Shown here: positions 1 through 12,720 of the stretch, piece by piece
Position numbering within the stretch: the stretch's first letter is position 1
Layout of the letters: each line of letters begins with the position of its first letter
DNA from: Octopus sinensis
Lineage: Eukaryota
DNA: 64,000 nt
Assembly (NCBI RefSeq): GCF_006345805.1
Contig: NC_043007.1
Span: 69,936,001 to 70,000,000 of the forward strand
Reading direction: 5' to 3'
The notes under the pieces: model-generated
What the model was told of the DNA's origin: nothing
The model's database searches: none
What the model saw: only the letters and a program-made list of their open reading frames with translations
Made by a program: the position numbers and the translations under genes

Positions 1-469
1 AACTGACGACTCAAAGTGTATCATTATATCGATGCAATCGTAAATCAGCTCATCAGAATGCTATATAAAATATATTTGCTACAGATATATATTATCACGA
101 ATTTATACCCATAGCCAGTAGGTTTGTTAATATATCACAAGTAAAACCAAGAACGAAAAAACAACAACAAAATGATAAATGCAGAGTAAAAGGCTTTCCT
201 TGTTATATATTAATTCTACGCATATTATGGAATTTTGAAGAAATAATCTGTAAAGGCACGATCTCTGATTTATAATCATATCCAATAGCATGAACTCTTT
301 GAAGAGCTTAAAACAGTAAACTTCAGGGTAACACCTGAATGAAATTGCTATTACACGCGCGCGCGCGCACACACTCAAATATATGTAGTATGTATGTATG
401 TATGTATGTATGTATGTATGTATGTATGTATGTATGTATGTATGTATCTGACTGTCTGTCTATCTATCC

Positions 470-539
<70 letters not shown>

Positions 540-540
540 T

Positions 541-871
<331 letters not shown>

Positions 872-904
872 CATATATATGTATGTATGTATGTATATAT
901 ATAT

Positions 905-962
<58 letters not shown>

Positions 963-1515
963 GTGCGCGTGTATGTATGTGTGGATGTGTGCGCGCGCTT
1001 GTATATGCATATATGTTTGAAGTTTTTCTTGAATTAAGAATTATTGATTATAAAAAAATCTTTGCAAAACAGAATGATACGAACTGTTAGAAAGAAAGGT
1101 GAGTGTCTTCGTTGTTCACAGTGTTTTAGACACGTTTTATGTGGTAATCCGTATAACAGTCGCTCCCTCTATGCGGATCACTCCATGACAGTGAATTTGA
1201 AAAGCTATGAACAATGAAAGCGTTTAACGCAATACAAAAATCTCCTTCCTAGAGATTCGTGTCATTCTGGTTTTTATTTTTAAAAGATGATTTTTATCTA
1301 ATTAATAATTTTTAAGTTAAGAAAATCTTTTTTCAAATATTGTGACCGCACCAAGAATGTTTTGCAAAAAACTGTATGTTTGCATACAGAGAGAGAGAGG
1401 GAGAGAGAGACGGAGGGAAGAAAAGAAAGTGGGAAGAAGGAGAGAGAGAGAGACGGAAGGAGGAAAAGAGAGTAGGAAGAAGGAGAGAGAGAGACGGAGG
1501 AAGGGAAAGAGAGTG

Positions 1516-1567
<52 letters not shown>

Positions 1568-2416
1568 TCTATGGTTTTATTTGAGGATGTAGCTTGTTTA
1601 TCTGATTTGATCGTTAATGGCTGCTTTTTGATGGCATCAAGTTTCTGGCTCTTTTATCATTGGTCACGTTCTTAGCCATACATTGAAGACTTATTTTTTT
1701 ACGAAATGAATCTTTACTTTCTCTTGGGGAGGCGTTATTGTTGGATAGACTTGTGTAGGATATTACATGTTCTAATCTTGTTGAAATTCGAATGAAATGC
1801 AGAAACGTCTAGTTGCATTTAAAATTTCTAAAATGAACCATCGATAAAATCGACTAGAATCGACCACAAGCATCATATTTCTATTTCACAGCCAAATATA
1901 CCATTTTCGTTGCGGTATCAACAGAATTTTCCAACTTCTTCAGCTTTTAAAATGTAGAGTACGTATTTTAGGTTGTCACGAATATGAGATGATTACGGAC
2001 AGAAAAGGAAAGATTAGAGAAGTCTAATCTAAACCAAGTTGTCACGTGTTATGGCAGCGTGTTTTACATGCAAAATCTGGAGACTGATCTGGAGTTTCAC
2101 ATAATCGGTTATTCGATCAAATGAAGGAGATATTGTTTTATGATCGGTACTGTCACCATTATCATCTCCACAACGACGACGACGACCACCACCACCACCG
2201 TTGCCGACATCATCACCACCATCACAACCACCACCACCACCATTTATACTCAACAAGAACCACAGCAATGACAAAACATACCATTGACCACATTTATGCC
2301 ATTGCGGTCTGGTTCGAGAATTGATGTTTGTCTACTCAACAACAAGTGCATCGGCAGTAAAGGCAACTGCAACGATAACAACAATAACAGCTATGATAAC
2401 AACAACAGCAACACGT

Positions 2417-2595
2417 GAAGGCGCAATGGCCCAGTGGTTAGGGCAGCGGACTTGCGGTCGTAAGAGCGTGGTTTCGATTCCAAGACCGGGCATTGTGAGT
2501 GTTTATTGAGCAAAAACACCTAAGCTCCACGAGGCTCCGGCGGGTGGTGGTGAAGCCTGCTGTACTCGTTCACCACAACTTTCTCTCACTCTTCC
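2417..2595 (+). mobile_element. tRNA-derived SINE (family C)
   Basis: A-box-like TGGCCCAGTGG and B-box-like GGTTTCGATTCC; homologous to 50958-51235. Confidence 0.8.
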
Positions 2596-3632
2596 TTCCT
2601 ACTTCTGCCACAAAGCAGAGGAACCATGGTGTAACCCGCTATGGTGTGGTAAACTTTCAGATCCTAGTCTAGATTGCGAATCCTCTGTACCCCAGGATGG
2701 TTCAGCTCTCCACCCGTTAAAAGCCAACGTTTACGGAATAAGGATAACAACGTAGCTTTTGCGCCCGCGCAATCGCCATTCTATCGCGTGTGGTGAGTGG
2801 ATCTTCAGGTTTCCACACGCATTCTTAGTAGCTTAGAGTAGGCTCGAATTAGAGATTATTCTTTGTGGCTAATGGCGTGAGTCCTGATTAGAAGAAGAAG
2901 AAGAAGAAGAAGAAGAAGAAGAAGAAGAAGAAGAAGAAGAAGAAGAAGAAGAAGAAGAAGAAGACAACAGCAACAACAGCGACGACGATGACAAGGATAA
3001 CGACAACTGCAACAATAACAACAATAACAGCAACAACAAAATTTTCACCGTTTGTTGAAGTCTTAATATGATTCATAAACCCGACGAAAGCAGGCTGATT
3101 GCTTAATTGAACCAAATATAGAAAACAGCGAGGAAAAAATAAATAAATAAATAAAGGGGAAAATGGAGGGCGCCAAAATGAAATCGATATAAACGATGAA
3201 GTAGTGAGTTGAAAAGGAATTTGTTTAGAGTAGCTTAATATTTCTAATTTAATATTTTACCAAAATAAGTTTCTTGAGCTAAAGAACTTATAAAAATAAT
3301 GGGTAGTGTATTTAGATTAATATTTCCTGATTTATCCAACTGTAGCGTGCAGCCATTTCAAATATGACGTAATATCCGTATTGTCGAAGAAATATGACTG
3401 TCGTTTCCCCATTGGTTGAAATAACTGCTCATATAGGAATTCTGAAAATTAGTTAAAGAATATTTTTATGTGATTTCAATTCTTTAAAGTCAAGTTGAGC
3501 TATAAGTGACGGGTTTATCAATATATATCCATACATTAAAAGTAAAAATATATTTATCTATTTCCAAATAGGAAACATATAAAAGTAGCGTTACACTAAC
3601 AGTAATCAAAACCCCGCTATACAACCATTCTC

Positions 3633-4018
3633 AAGGCGGCGAGCTGGCAGAAACAGCGCGCCGGGCGAAATGTTTAGCGGTATTTCGTCTGTCGTTACGT
3701 TCTGAGTTCAAATTCCGCCGAGGTCGACTTTGCCTTTCATCCTTTCGGGGTCGATTAAGTAAGTACCAGTTACGCACTGGGGTCGATATAATCGACTTAA
3801 TCCGTTTGTCTGTCCTTGTTTGTCCCCTGTATGTTTAGCCCCTTGAGGGTAGTAAAGAAATAGGAAATAGGTATTTCGTCTGTCGTTACGTTCTGAGTTC
3901 AAATTCCGCCGAGGTCGACTTTGCCTTTCATCCTTTCGGGGTCGTTAAATAAAGTACCAGTTTCGCACTGGGGTCGATCTAATCGACTTAATTCTTTTGT
4001 CTGTCCTTGTTTGTCCCC

Positions 4019-4022
<4 letters not shown>
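3633..4022 (+). mobile_element. tRNA-derived SINE family A, head-to-tail dimer
   Basis: Head AGGCGGCGAGCTGGCAG, B-box GAGTTCAAATTCC, central CCTTTCATCCTTTCGGGGTCGAT, tail AAAGAAATAGG; the second unit restarts at TATTTCGTC (~3872). Confidence 0.9.
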
Positions 4023-4055
<33 letters not shown>

Positions 4056-4525
4056 GTGTAGGGAGCATTTCATGGTGGACTGGATGCGCTCTAAAAGACG
4101 TTTATAGTCGCTTTTAAAGGGTAATCGAATTCATGCAATAAAAATAAGGAATTATTTGTTTGGAACAGTATCGTGATTTAGCAAATCGATTGGGTAACAT
4201 TATGATATTTCTGATAATGAAATGTTAATGGGGACACAACAAGAAAATTAAGAATAAATTAAAAGCGGAATAGCAATAAAATACACATACTTTACAATTG
4301 CAATCTAATGAATCAGCATTAGAGACCAAATGAAAGGTTACTGAATAAAATACATTCGAGAATAAATGTATGCAACATAAATCTAGTCGTTCATATATAG
4401 AGAAAAACTTGACATTATAATAAACGATATATAAGACCGATTTAAAACGTAAGATTAAGAGATCATCAAATATATTGGTAACTCAAAACATGTGTGTGTA
4501 TAAGTATATGATATATAAATGTTTA

Positions 4526-4596
<71 letters not shown>

Positions 4597-4599
<3 letters not shown>

Positions 4600-5018
4600 C
4601 GCAGGAGTGGCTGTTTGGTAAGTAGCTTGCTAACCAACCACATGGTTCCGGGTTCAGTCCCACTGCGTGGCATCTTGGGCAAGTGTCTTCTGCTATAGCC
4701 CCGGGCCGACCAATGCCTTGTGAGTGGATTTGGAAGACGGAAACTGAAAGAAGCCTGTCGTATATATGTATATATATATAAGTGTGTGTGAATATGTTTG
4801 TGTGTGTGTTTGTTCCCCTAGCATTGCTTGACAACCGATGCTGGTGTGTTTACGTCCCCGTCACTTAGCGGTTCGGCAAAAGAGACCGATAGAATAAGTA
4901 CTGGGCTTACAAAGAATAAGTCCCGGGGTCGATTTGCACGACTAAAGGCGGTGCTCCAGCATGGCCGCAGTCAAATGACTGAAACAAGTAAAAAGAGTAA
5001 AAAGAGTAAAGAGTAAGA

Positions 5019-5019
<1 letters not shown>
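4597..5019 (+). mobile_element. tRNA-derived SINE family B, full length
   Basis: Head GGCGCAGGAGTGGCTG..GGGTTCAGTCCC, internal (TA/TG)n, tail AAAGAGTA repeats; other copies at 6449, 31785 and 60490. Confidence 0.9.
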
Positions 5020-5063
<44 letters not shown>

Positions 5064-5489
5064 TATATACTTATATACGTACATACGTACATGAGTACAG
5101 ACACGCATATACAGGTGTACATTTAAAATATTTATGTGCACTCGGATGTGGAAAGACCTTCGCTGCTGAAAATGTTTTGGAGAGAAATTCGCTATTTAGA
5201 GAAAATGTGTCTAAACACGACCCGTGGCTTATGTAAGATTACATCTATCGTTACACTTCATCAGCGACAGACATCGTATTTGTCCGTCGTTCGTAGCCCA
5301 CTAAAAACTGCCATTCTTGTATTTCAGTCGCAAATAGTAAATTTGCTGATGCGCATAATATATTTTTTTTTTCAAGCCGTAATTAATTAACAAGAGTTGC
5401 AAGAAGTAGCAGCGTGGAATGAAATATATGTGAACACAATTACATTTAACACGGCCGTGTACTCTTAAACGTGGAAAGACTTTCGCTAC

Positions 5490-5835
5490 AAAAGTTGTCT
5501 CGGGAGAAAAATTCACGAAATTAATATTAATTAACAAAATTCAGCAGAGGATTCACATTCACCATGAAAATTTGTGATCACACACATCTTTCGCAACAAA
5601 TCAAGCAATCGGCAAATTGGGCTTGTCTGTAGTCTCTTATATACTGTACAGCCCAGATCTGGCGCCCTTCAATATTCATCTATTTAGTCCAATGAATGAC
5701 AGTCTTTGGGGACAAAGATACGATAATACAAGCGAGGTGAAAGTGGCTGCCAAGAAGTGGGTACAAAGGTGCACACAAGAATTCTATTTTGTAAGGATAA
5801 TGCAAATGCACCACTTGTTATGGAGAATACGTTGA
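5490..5835 (+). pseudogene. Mariner transposase C-terminal remnant
   Basis: Translates to ...IHHENL*SHTS...YSPDLAPFNIHLF..., matching the mariner HHDNARPH and YSPDLAP motifs. Confidence 0.75.
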
Positions 5836-5978
5836 ACAAAAGAAGAGTTTGAATAGTGGAAGAGTTAAACTAACAACATGAGCAATTTAAACGACCTCTG
5901 TCAGCAGTTAATGGAAAGTTATGCTCACTTTTGCATTACGTTTGGAACAATCCTTATGTGTATTGTATAGATATATGC

Positions 5979-6045
<67 letters not shown>

Positions 6046-6046
6046 A

Positions 6047-6082
<36 letters not shown>

Positions 6083-6198
6083 CATGCATATATATGTGTA
6101 TAGGTATGTGCATATGTACGTATGCATATACAATATATATATATACACCTTGTTGTTGATCCTACAACTGTCTTCGGTTTCTGTTTTCTGTAATTTTG

Positions 6199-6249
<51 letters not shown>

Positions 6250-6276
6250 TATATATATATATATATATATATCTAT

Positions 6277-6331
<55 letters not shown>

Positions 6332-6340
6332 TATATATAT

Positions 6341-6384
<44 letters not shown>

Positions 6385-6448
6385 ATATATATATATATAT
6401 ATCTATATATATGTATGTAGTATATCTATATATTATACATATATATAT

Positions 6449-6597
6449 GCTTTGTGGTAAAGAAGTTTGCTTCCCAACCACATGATTCTAGATTCACTCC
6501 CACTGCGTGGCACCTTAGTGTCTTCCACAATAGCCTCGGGTCGACCAAAGCCTTGTGAGTGGAGTTCGTTGGCAGAAACTGAAAAAGAAGCCCGTCG

Positions 6598-6600
<3 letters not shown>
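6449..6600 (+). mobile_element. SINE family B, 5' half
   Basis: Homologous to 4597-4765. Confidence 0.85.
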
Positions 6601-6649
<49 letters not shown>

Positions 6650-6661
6650 TATATACATACA

Positions 6662-6692
<31 letters not shown>

Positions 6693-6720
6693 GATATATT
6701 ATATATATATATTAATATAT

Positions 6721-6915
6721 TACTGAGATATACTTGCATAGTAAGTGACCTGATCTGAGATCGTGTGCTGGAATGAAAACAATTGCAGCGTGGAGGGTGT
6801 TTTAAGCCATTTAAGAAACACAAAAACCGTTAGATTCACTTCAACATTTAAATTTAATTTGTCAAAATATTTTCGTCGTCTTTGAGACCGCGACCTGTTC
6901 ACTGACAAAACTTCG
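6721..6915 (-). mobile_element. Short non-coding repeat carrying a G3-C8 hammerhead variant
   Basis: About 140 bp shared with 24670-24812; both copies sit next to (TA)n. Confidence 0.7.
6858..6909 (-). ncRNA. Minimal type I hammerhead-like ribozyme with swapped core GUGAACA
   Basis: Minus strand TTTGTCA-GTGAACA-G-GTCG(CGGTCTCAAAGA)CGAC-GAAA-ATAT-TT-TGACAAA: 7-bp stem I, stem II, GAAA, palindromic AATATT. Confidence 0.65.
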
Positions 6916-6982
<67 letters not shown>

Positions 6983-6983
<1 letters not shown>

Positions 6984-8104
6984 CAATGAAGGGTGAAATT
7001 AATTAATTTGGAATAATTATCAATTACACCAACTAGCTTCGGCATGTAAAAGCCTCATTCGAGGAAAATTTAAGTAATACTAAGCAATTAAGGGTTTAGC
7101 AACGAATTGCCTTACCTTACCGCACACCGAATTTAGAAATAGCAGTCAAGAGATTATAGCTATTTCTTCTACTAAAAGGGAGATCTCAGTAAAAACACAG
7201 CATTTGAAAGGCAAACACAAACAGGTAAGAGAGAATGAATTGACGGCAATCTATCATACAGTTTTAAGTCACCTACGGACGTACGTTTCGAAATCAAGTC
7301 TTAGGAAAGCATAAGAATTAGATAATAGGTGACTTAAAACTGTATGATAGATTGCCGTCAATTCATTCTCTCTTACCTGTTTGTGTTTGCCTTTCAAATG
7401 CTGTGTTTTTACTGAGATCTCCCTTTTAGTAGAAGAAATAGCTATAATATCTTTGACTGCTATTTCTAAATTCGGTGTGCGGTAAGGCAATTCGTTGCTA
7501 AACCCTTAATTGCTTAGTATTACTTAAATTTTCCTCGAATGAGGCTTTTACATGCCGAAGACTACTTGGTGTAATTGATAATTATTCCAAATTAATTAAT
7601 TTCACCCTTCATTGTTACTGATAACCATATTCATCCCAGTAAATGACCACAGCACTTTGTCTTGGCTACACGCTGGTGGGAAGGGACTGGTGACACGAAC
7701 TTTCATTCACACTTTGAATTTGGTGATACTAGTTGTGGCTTCTAGCTCGCTCTGATACTGAGTTGAGTTGGTGCCTTCTAGTATCTCAAAATTCAATATA
7801 CAATCATTCATGATTGTTTGTATCCTGCGCTGATGAGAGAAGAAGTTTGGGTAAGGTAGAATTATCTAATTCTTATGCTTTCCTAAGACTTGATTTCGAA
7901 ACGTACGTCCGTAGGTGACTTAAAACTGTATGATAGATTGCCGTCAATTCATTCTCTCTTACCTGTTTGTGTTTGCCTTTCAAATGCTGTGTTTTTACTG
8001 AGATCTACCTTTTAGTAGAAGAAATAGCTATAATCTCTTTGACTGCTATTTCTAAATTCGGTGTGCGGTAAGGCAATTCGTTGCTAAACCCTTAATGCTT
8101 AGTA
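6983..8104. mobile_element. Hammerhead-bearing element arranged as an inverted arm plus a 586-bp-period direct repeat (PLE pseudo-LTR or retrozyme-like)
   Basis: 6983-7275 is the reverse complement of 7326-7615; 7326-7520 recurs at 7912-8104; canonical HHR at 7824-7915. Confidence 0.8.
7824..7915 (+). ncRNA. Type I hammerhead ribozyme, canonical core, long stem II
   Basis: CTGATGA at 7830-7836, ~60-nt imperfect hairpin as stem II, GAAAC-GTA at 7898-7905; GCG/CGT and CCT/AGG pairing in stem I. Confidence 0.7.
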
Positions 8105-8108
8105 TATA

Positions 8109-8157
<49 letters not shown>

Positions 8158-8160
<3 letters not shown>

Positions 8161-9193
8161 GCCCCATAGAAAGTAATCCAGTGGAGCGATATCTGGTGAA
8201 CGTGGTGGCCACAGAATTGGTCCATCCCTTCCAATCCAATGGTCTGGAAATGCTTGATTGAGGAACTCACGAACATGCAGTGCCCATTGTGGTGGGGCAC
8301 CATCTTGTTAGAAAATGATGGTCGGTTGAAGGTCCTGGAGTTGTGGTGCCACATAGTCAGTCAAAACGTCAACGTAGACATTTGCAGTAATTGACCTCTC
8401 GTTTAAGGAAAATGGACCAATAACTCGATTGCACATAATCCCACACCAGACATTCACTTTGGGACTATATCGCTGAACTGCTCAAGTCACGCGGAGGTGT
8501 TCTGATCTCAATATTCTCACATTGTGTTTGTTCAGTTTCCCTGAAACATGAAAGGTTGCCTCATCACTAAAACAAACTCTCCTGAGGAATGTTTCATCTT
8601 CAGAAATTAGTTGCAGCATGTGAACTGCAGACTCTTTTCGGCTTGGTTTATCATTTGGTTCGATTGTCTGTAGGAGTTGCACTTTGTAAAGCGTACAATC
8701 GCAGGTTTTTGTGTAGGGCTTTGTGTACTGTTGAACGTGGTAGCTCTAGCTGTCTGGCAGCAGCACGGATTGACTTTGTGGGCGAACGAGAAAAGGTTTC
8801 TCTTACACGATCAATGTTTTCCTCAGATGTTCTTGATCGCCCACTCCTCTTTCTATCTAACACTGTCCTTGTCTCCATAAATTTCTTCTGCCATGCGCGA
8901 ATTAACGTGATGGAGGATGTTTTCCATACTTTGTTCTGTAGTTTCGTTGAGTCTGCGTATCCGATTTTGTCTCGGTAAACCATGACTCACATGTGCTATC
9001 TCTTGAGGTGTAGCCATTTCTTAGGGGTTCATAAAAAATGCCTTTAATGTGCAGGAGGCTTGAAACACAAAATTGCAATGTGATTAAAAACTTTGAAAAC
9101 CACTGAGTACAATAGAACAAGTCTGATTAAGATATCTTATCAATTGCGTTTGTAATAAATTTTTTAAATTGTAAAAGACTTATGGACACCCTG

Positions 9194-9195
<2 letters not shown>
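8158..9195 (-). mobile_element. Tc1/mariner-superfamily transposon, DD41D (rosa)-type, frameshifted and 3'-truncated
   Basis: One TIR TACAGGGTGTCCATAAG at 9195; motifs FSDEATF, QDGAPP and WPPRSPDIAPLDYFLWG, with 41 residues between the second and third D. Confidence 0.85.
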
Positions 9196-9238
<43 letters not shown>

Positions 9239-9254
9239 ATATATATATATATAT

Positions 9255-9286
<32 letters not shown>

Positions 9287-9289
9287 ATA

Positions 9290-9450
9290 TATATATGTAT
9301 ATGTATACATGTTTTTCTTGTTTTAGTCTAATGAACATGCTGGGGGTACCGCCTTGAAGCATTTTAATCGAGCAAAATGCTTCAAGGCGGTGCTCCAGCA
9401 TGGTCATTAGACTAAAACAAGAAAAAAACATGTATACATATACATATATA
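9290..9450. repeat. Near-perfect fold-back (~76-bp arms, 8-nt loop) built from a family-B-like SINE 3' tail
   Basis: 9290-9365 is the reverse complement of 9374-9450; the arm contains AAGGCGGTGCTCCAGCATGG as at 4945-4965. Confidence 0.85.
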
Positions 9451-9861
9451 TATATATATATATACATAGTTACACGCAAAAACACACATTCGCGCACACA
9501 CATATGTATATACATGAATATATATGCAGAGCAAAATGCGTCACATAACCAAAAGTGAGGACTCAGTAGTAAGTTCTACACTCTACTGTATAGATTGCCG
9601 TTAGACGAAGGACACCAAAGCGCAAGATAGGTTAGTGTGCGGTATACAAATTACGTAATAGTATTAATAAAAAATACTGTAAACTTACTCAGCGTTTGAA
9701 GCTTTATAATGCATACACTTCTTTCGGTAAATCAACTGGCAAGAGTACATAAACTTGCTGGCAAACATTGCGCAATCTTATCGATATATCTCGTCGGTCT
9801 TTTGGGAAAAATACTGACGAGGTAAATTGAAGAGGTTGCGCAATTCCATACATGTCTGTGC

Positions 9862-9922
<61 letters not shown>

Positions 9923-11276
9923 AGAGAGAGAAAAGAGAGAGAATGAGAGGGAGAAAGATATATATATATATATATGTATGTATACATGTATGTATGTATG
10001 TATGTATGTATGTATGTATGTATGTATGTATGTATGTATGTATGTATACGTAAGCGACAGATATGGTTGCGACCTCTGTTACATGGAATGGAATTGTCGA
10101 AAATCCTAAGATGGCAAGATGAAGTTATTAACAAATCAGATATCAGATGGTCTTAAGATTGAATGCCCGCATTCCATAAGGAATACCATTTTGTATTTTA
10201 AGCCTGTTATCTGAAACATTTCTAATTACTATGCTCTTATTTTAAATCTTACGTCATAAAATATTTATATCTAATAATTCATTTTGTGTCTCTCATTTAA
10301 TAGTTTTGGTAACGTAAACCATTATTACTGTTGTAACAATTAATAATCTAAATTCCCAGGCTTATTATAGGTCATATATGACGACGGACTCTGTTGTTTA
10401 ATTTAATAATTTTAACTGTGTTTCAAGTATTGGCTATATTCATAATAACTGCATCTTCCCCATCTAATCACTGAATATACAGTTCTTTATTGTAATTTGT
10501 TCTCCTATTAAATCACTTATTATTGGAGAGTAAATATTAAATGTTAAATATTAAATATTTAATATTAAGTCTATCAATTTTAATATTTTTAGTGTTTATA
10601 TTTGCTATTCGATTCTCTTATTACTTTTTTCTTTTATTTGGTTTAATGATCAATTCATTGACGGCCATTGAATAATATTATCCTTCTACTGTTCTCTAAA
10701 TCACTCCTTTTTTTTCTATAAACTTCTTTCTTTTTCTCATTCTCTCTCACTCCAGCTCTAATACCTCTCCCTCTCTCTACTTCTCTAGTAACTTACTTTT
10801 TACATTTCTCTTCTTTAACCACAGTCTATTTCCTTTATATATTTAGTTTTTTCTGTTCTTAATTTCGTTCTAAAATAACCTGTGCAAAATTTACTATTTT
10901 AGCTATGCCGATGTATACATATACGTTTATGTGTGAGTATGTGTCTGTGAGTGTGAATGCATGTATGTAGGTGTGTGTGTGTGTGTGTATTTGTGTGTGT
11001 GTGCATAGATGTGTGTGTATTATGTATCTCTCTATATATCTGTAACTATATATATACGTATATGTATGTATATATGTGTGTATGTATACGTGAGTATATA
11101 TATATATATATATGGGAGAGGGTGGAGGGATATAACAGAATTTAATGTGTCCCCCCCCCGGCATCTACTGTCTGTTTTATTGAACGTAATTCTCTATAAC
11201 TTTATTTTTTCTTAAGTCTAAAACTAATTTATAATTTCATCCCTTCTTATCCAATTTTAAATAGAGACATAGTCTA

Positions 11277-12720
11277 TTCTACGGATTACCTAAAATACAC
11301 AAAAATCTACATATTTGTAAAGCTTGCAAAGTTTCTCCAAGCCTGTGCATTAATATTCCTCCTCCTACTGACCTCAAAATGAGACCCATCATTGCTGGCC
11401 CTGCTTGTGAAACTCAGCGTTTGAGCAACTTGCTCGACATCTTAGTCAAACCGTTTCTAAAATATGTGAAAAGCTTCATCAGCGATGACTTAGACATGTT
11501 GAACCACCTCCCGAAGACAATAAATGAAGGAACACTGTTAGTATCATTCGGTGTGGTGAATTTGTGCACCAATATCCCACACGATTATGGTATAGAAGCG
11601 ATCACCTTCTGGCTAGAAAAATACCCAGAAGAGATCCCAGGACGCATTAACCACAAATTCATAATCGAAGCACTCAAATTTATCCAGCTGAACAACTATT
11701 CCATGTTCGATACAGTTACTATCGACAAAAATGTGGAATTGCAATAGGAACCCGAGCTGCTCCAGTGATTGCGAACCTTGTAATGGGTTACCTAGAGCTT
11801 AAAATATATCAATCATCACTACAAAAATATAGCACCTCATTTCATTGCTATTTAAAGGAGAACTGGAAGAGGTATTTAGACGATTGCTTTATACTTTGGA
11901 AAGACAGCATGGACAAACTTCTCGATTTCAAAATAATGCTCAACAATATTAATAGCAACATATAATTCACCATGGAGCACAGCAGTAAACAATTCCCTTT
12001 TCTTGACATCCTAATCAAAATAGTCAATAACCACATCGAAACAGACATCTATAAACCCACAGATTCTAAACAATACCTATTATTCAACTCATGTCACCCC
12101 AAACACATAAAAATTAATATGCCTTATAATCTAGCGAAAAGAATCTGTATCAAAATTTCGGACACCTATACTCGTAAACGAAGACTCCTTGAACTCAGAT
12201 CAATACTAATCAAAAGACATTACTCAATACCATTAATAAATGATGACATTAAACGAGCAATGGAAATAGATATACGAACATTAAGGGAAGTCAACCGAAA
12301 TACTAAACCAGACTTAAAAATACTCCCATACATATCCACACATAACCCTAGAAACGACGAAACTTTTAACATTATCATCCAAAATCTTCCCATCCTCACA
12401 GGAAATAAAACAATGAACAAAGTTCCTCGAAAATTCTTATCTATGCCATTACATGCTTAGGGTGTGGTCATAATTATATTGGCCAAACAGGAATATAACT
12501 CCGTCGAAGAACCACTCTCCACAAAGAACAATGCCGCTACCCACAATACAGACAGATACAGGTTAGTGAGCACATGGAAAGGTGTGCTAGGAATCTTAAT
12601 CCTAATTTCCTAATTTTCCCCTTCCATCAATGTTCACAGAACACCTCAGTACAACAAAGAATGAATAAAGAGGCAACTTTCATCAATAAATATTTTCCAC
12701 AACTCAATATGAACACATAA
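11277..12720 (+). pseudogene. Penelope reverse transcriptase + GIY-YIG endonuclease (frameshifts and stops)
   Basis: FYGLPKIHK, MRPIIAGP, GTRAAPVIANL, WKRYLDDCF, FPFLDILI, IYKPTDSKQYLLFNSCHP, then IYAITCLGCGHNYIGQTG..LRRR...H. Confidence 0.92.

Noticed and set aside
1070-1110. Strong donor-like AAAG|GTGAGT suggesting a small exon
   Set aside because: Weak acceptor, only ~26 nt, and no supporting neighbouring exons.
2600-2720. Pseudoknot-like complementarity (GCAGAG/CTCTGT, ATCCTAG/CAGGAT) resembling an HDV fold
   Set aside because: The L3 loop is too short, and the P1.1 GG and catalytic C-(G/A)-A-A linker are missing on both strands.
9790-9830. CTGACGA near a hairpin
   Set aside because: No stem II or GAAA follows.
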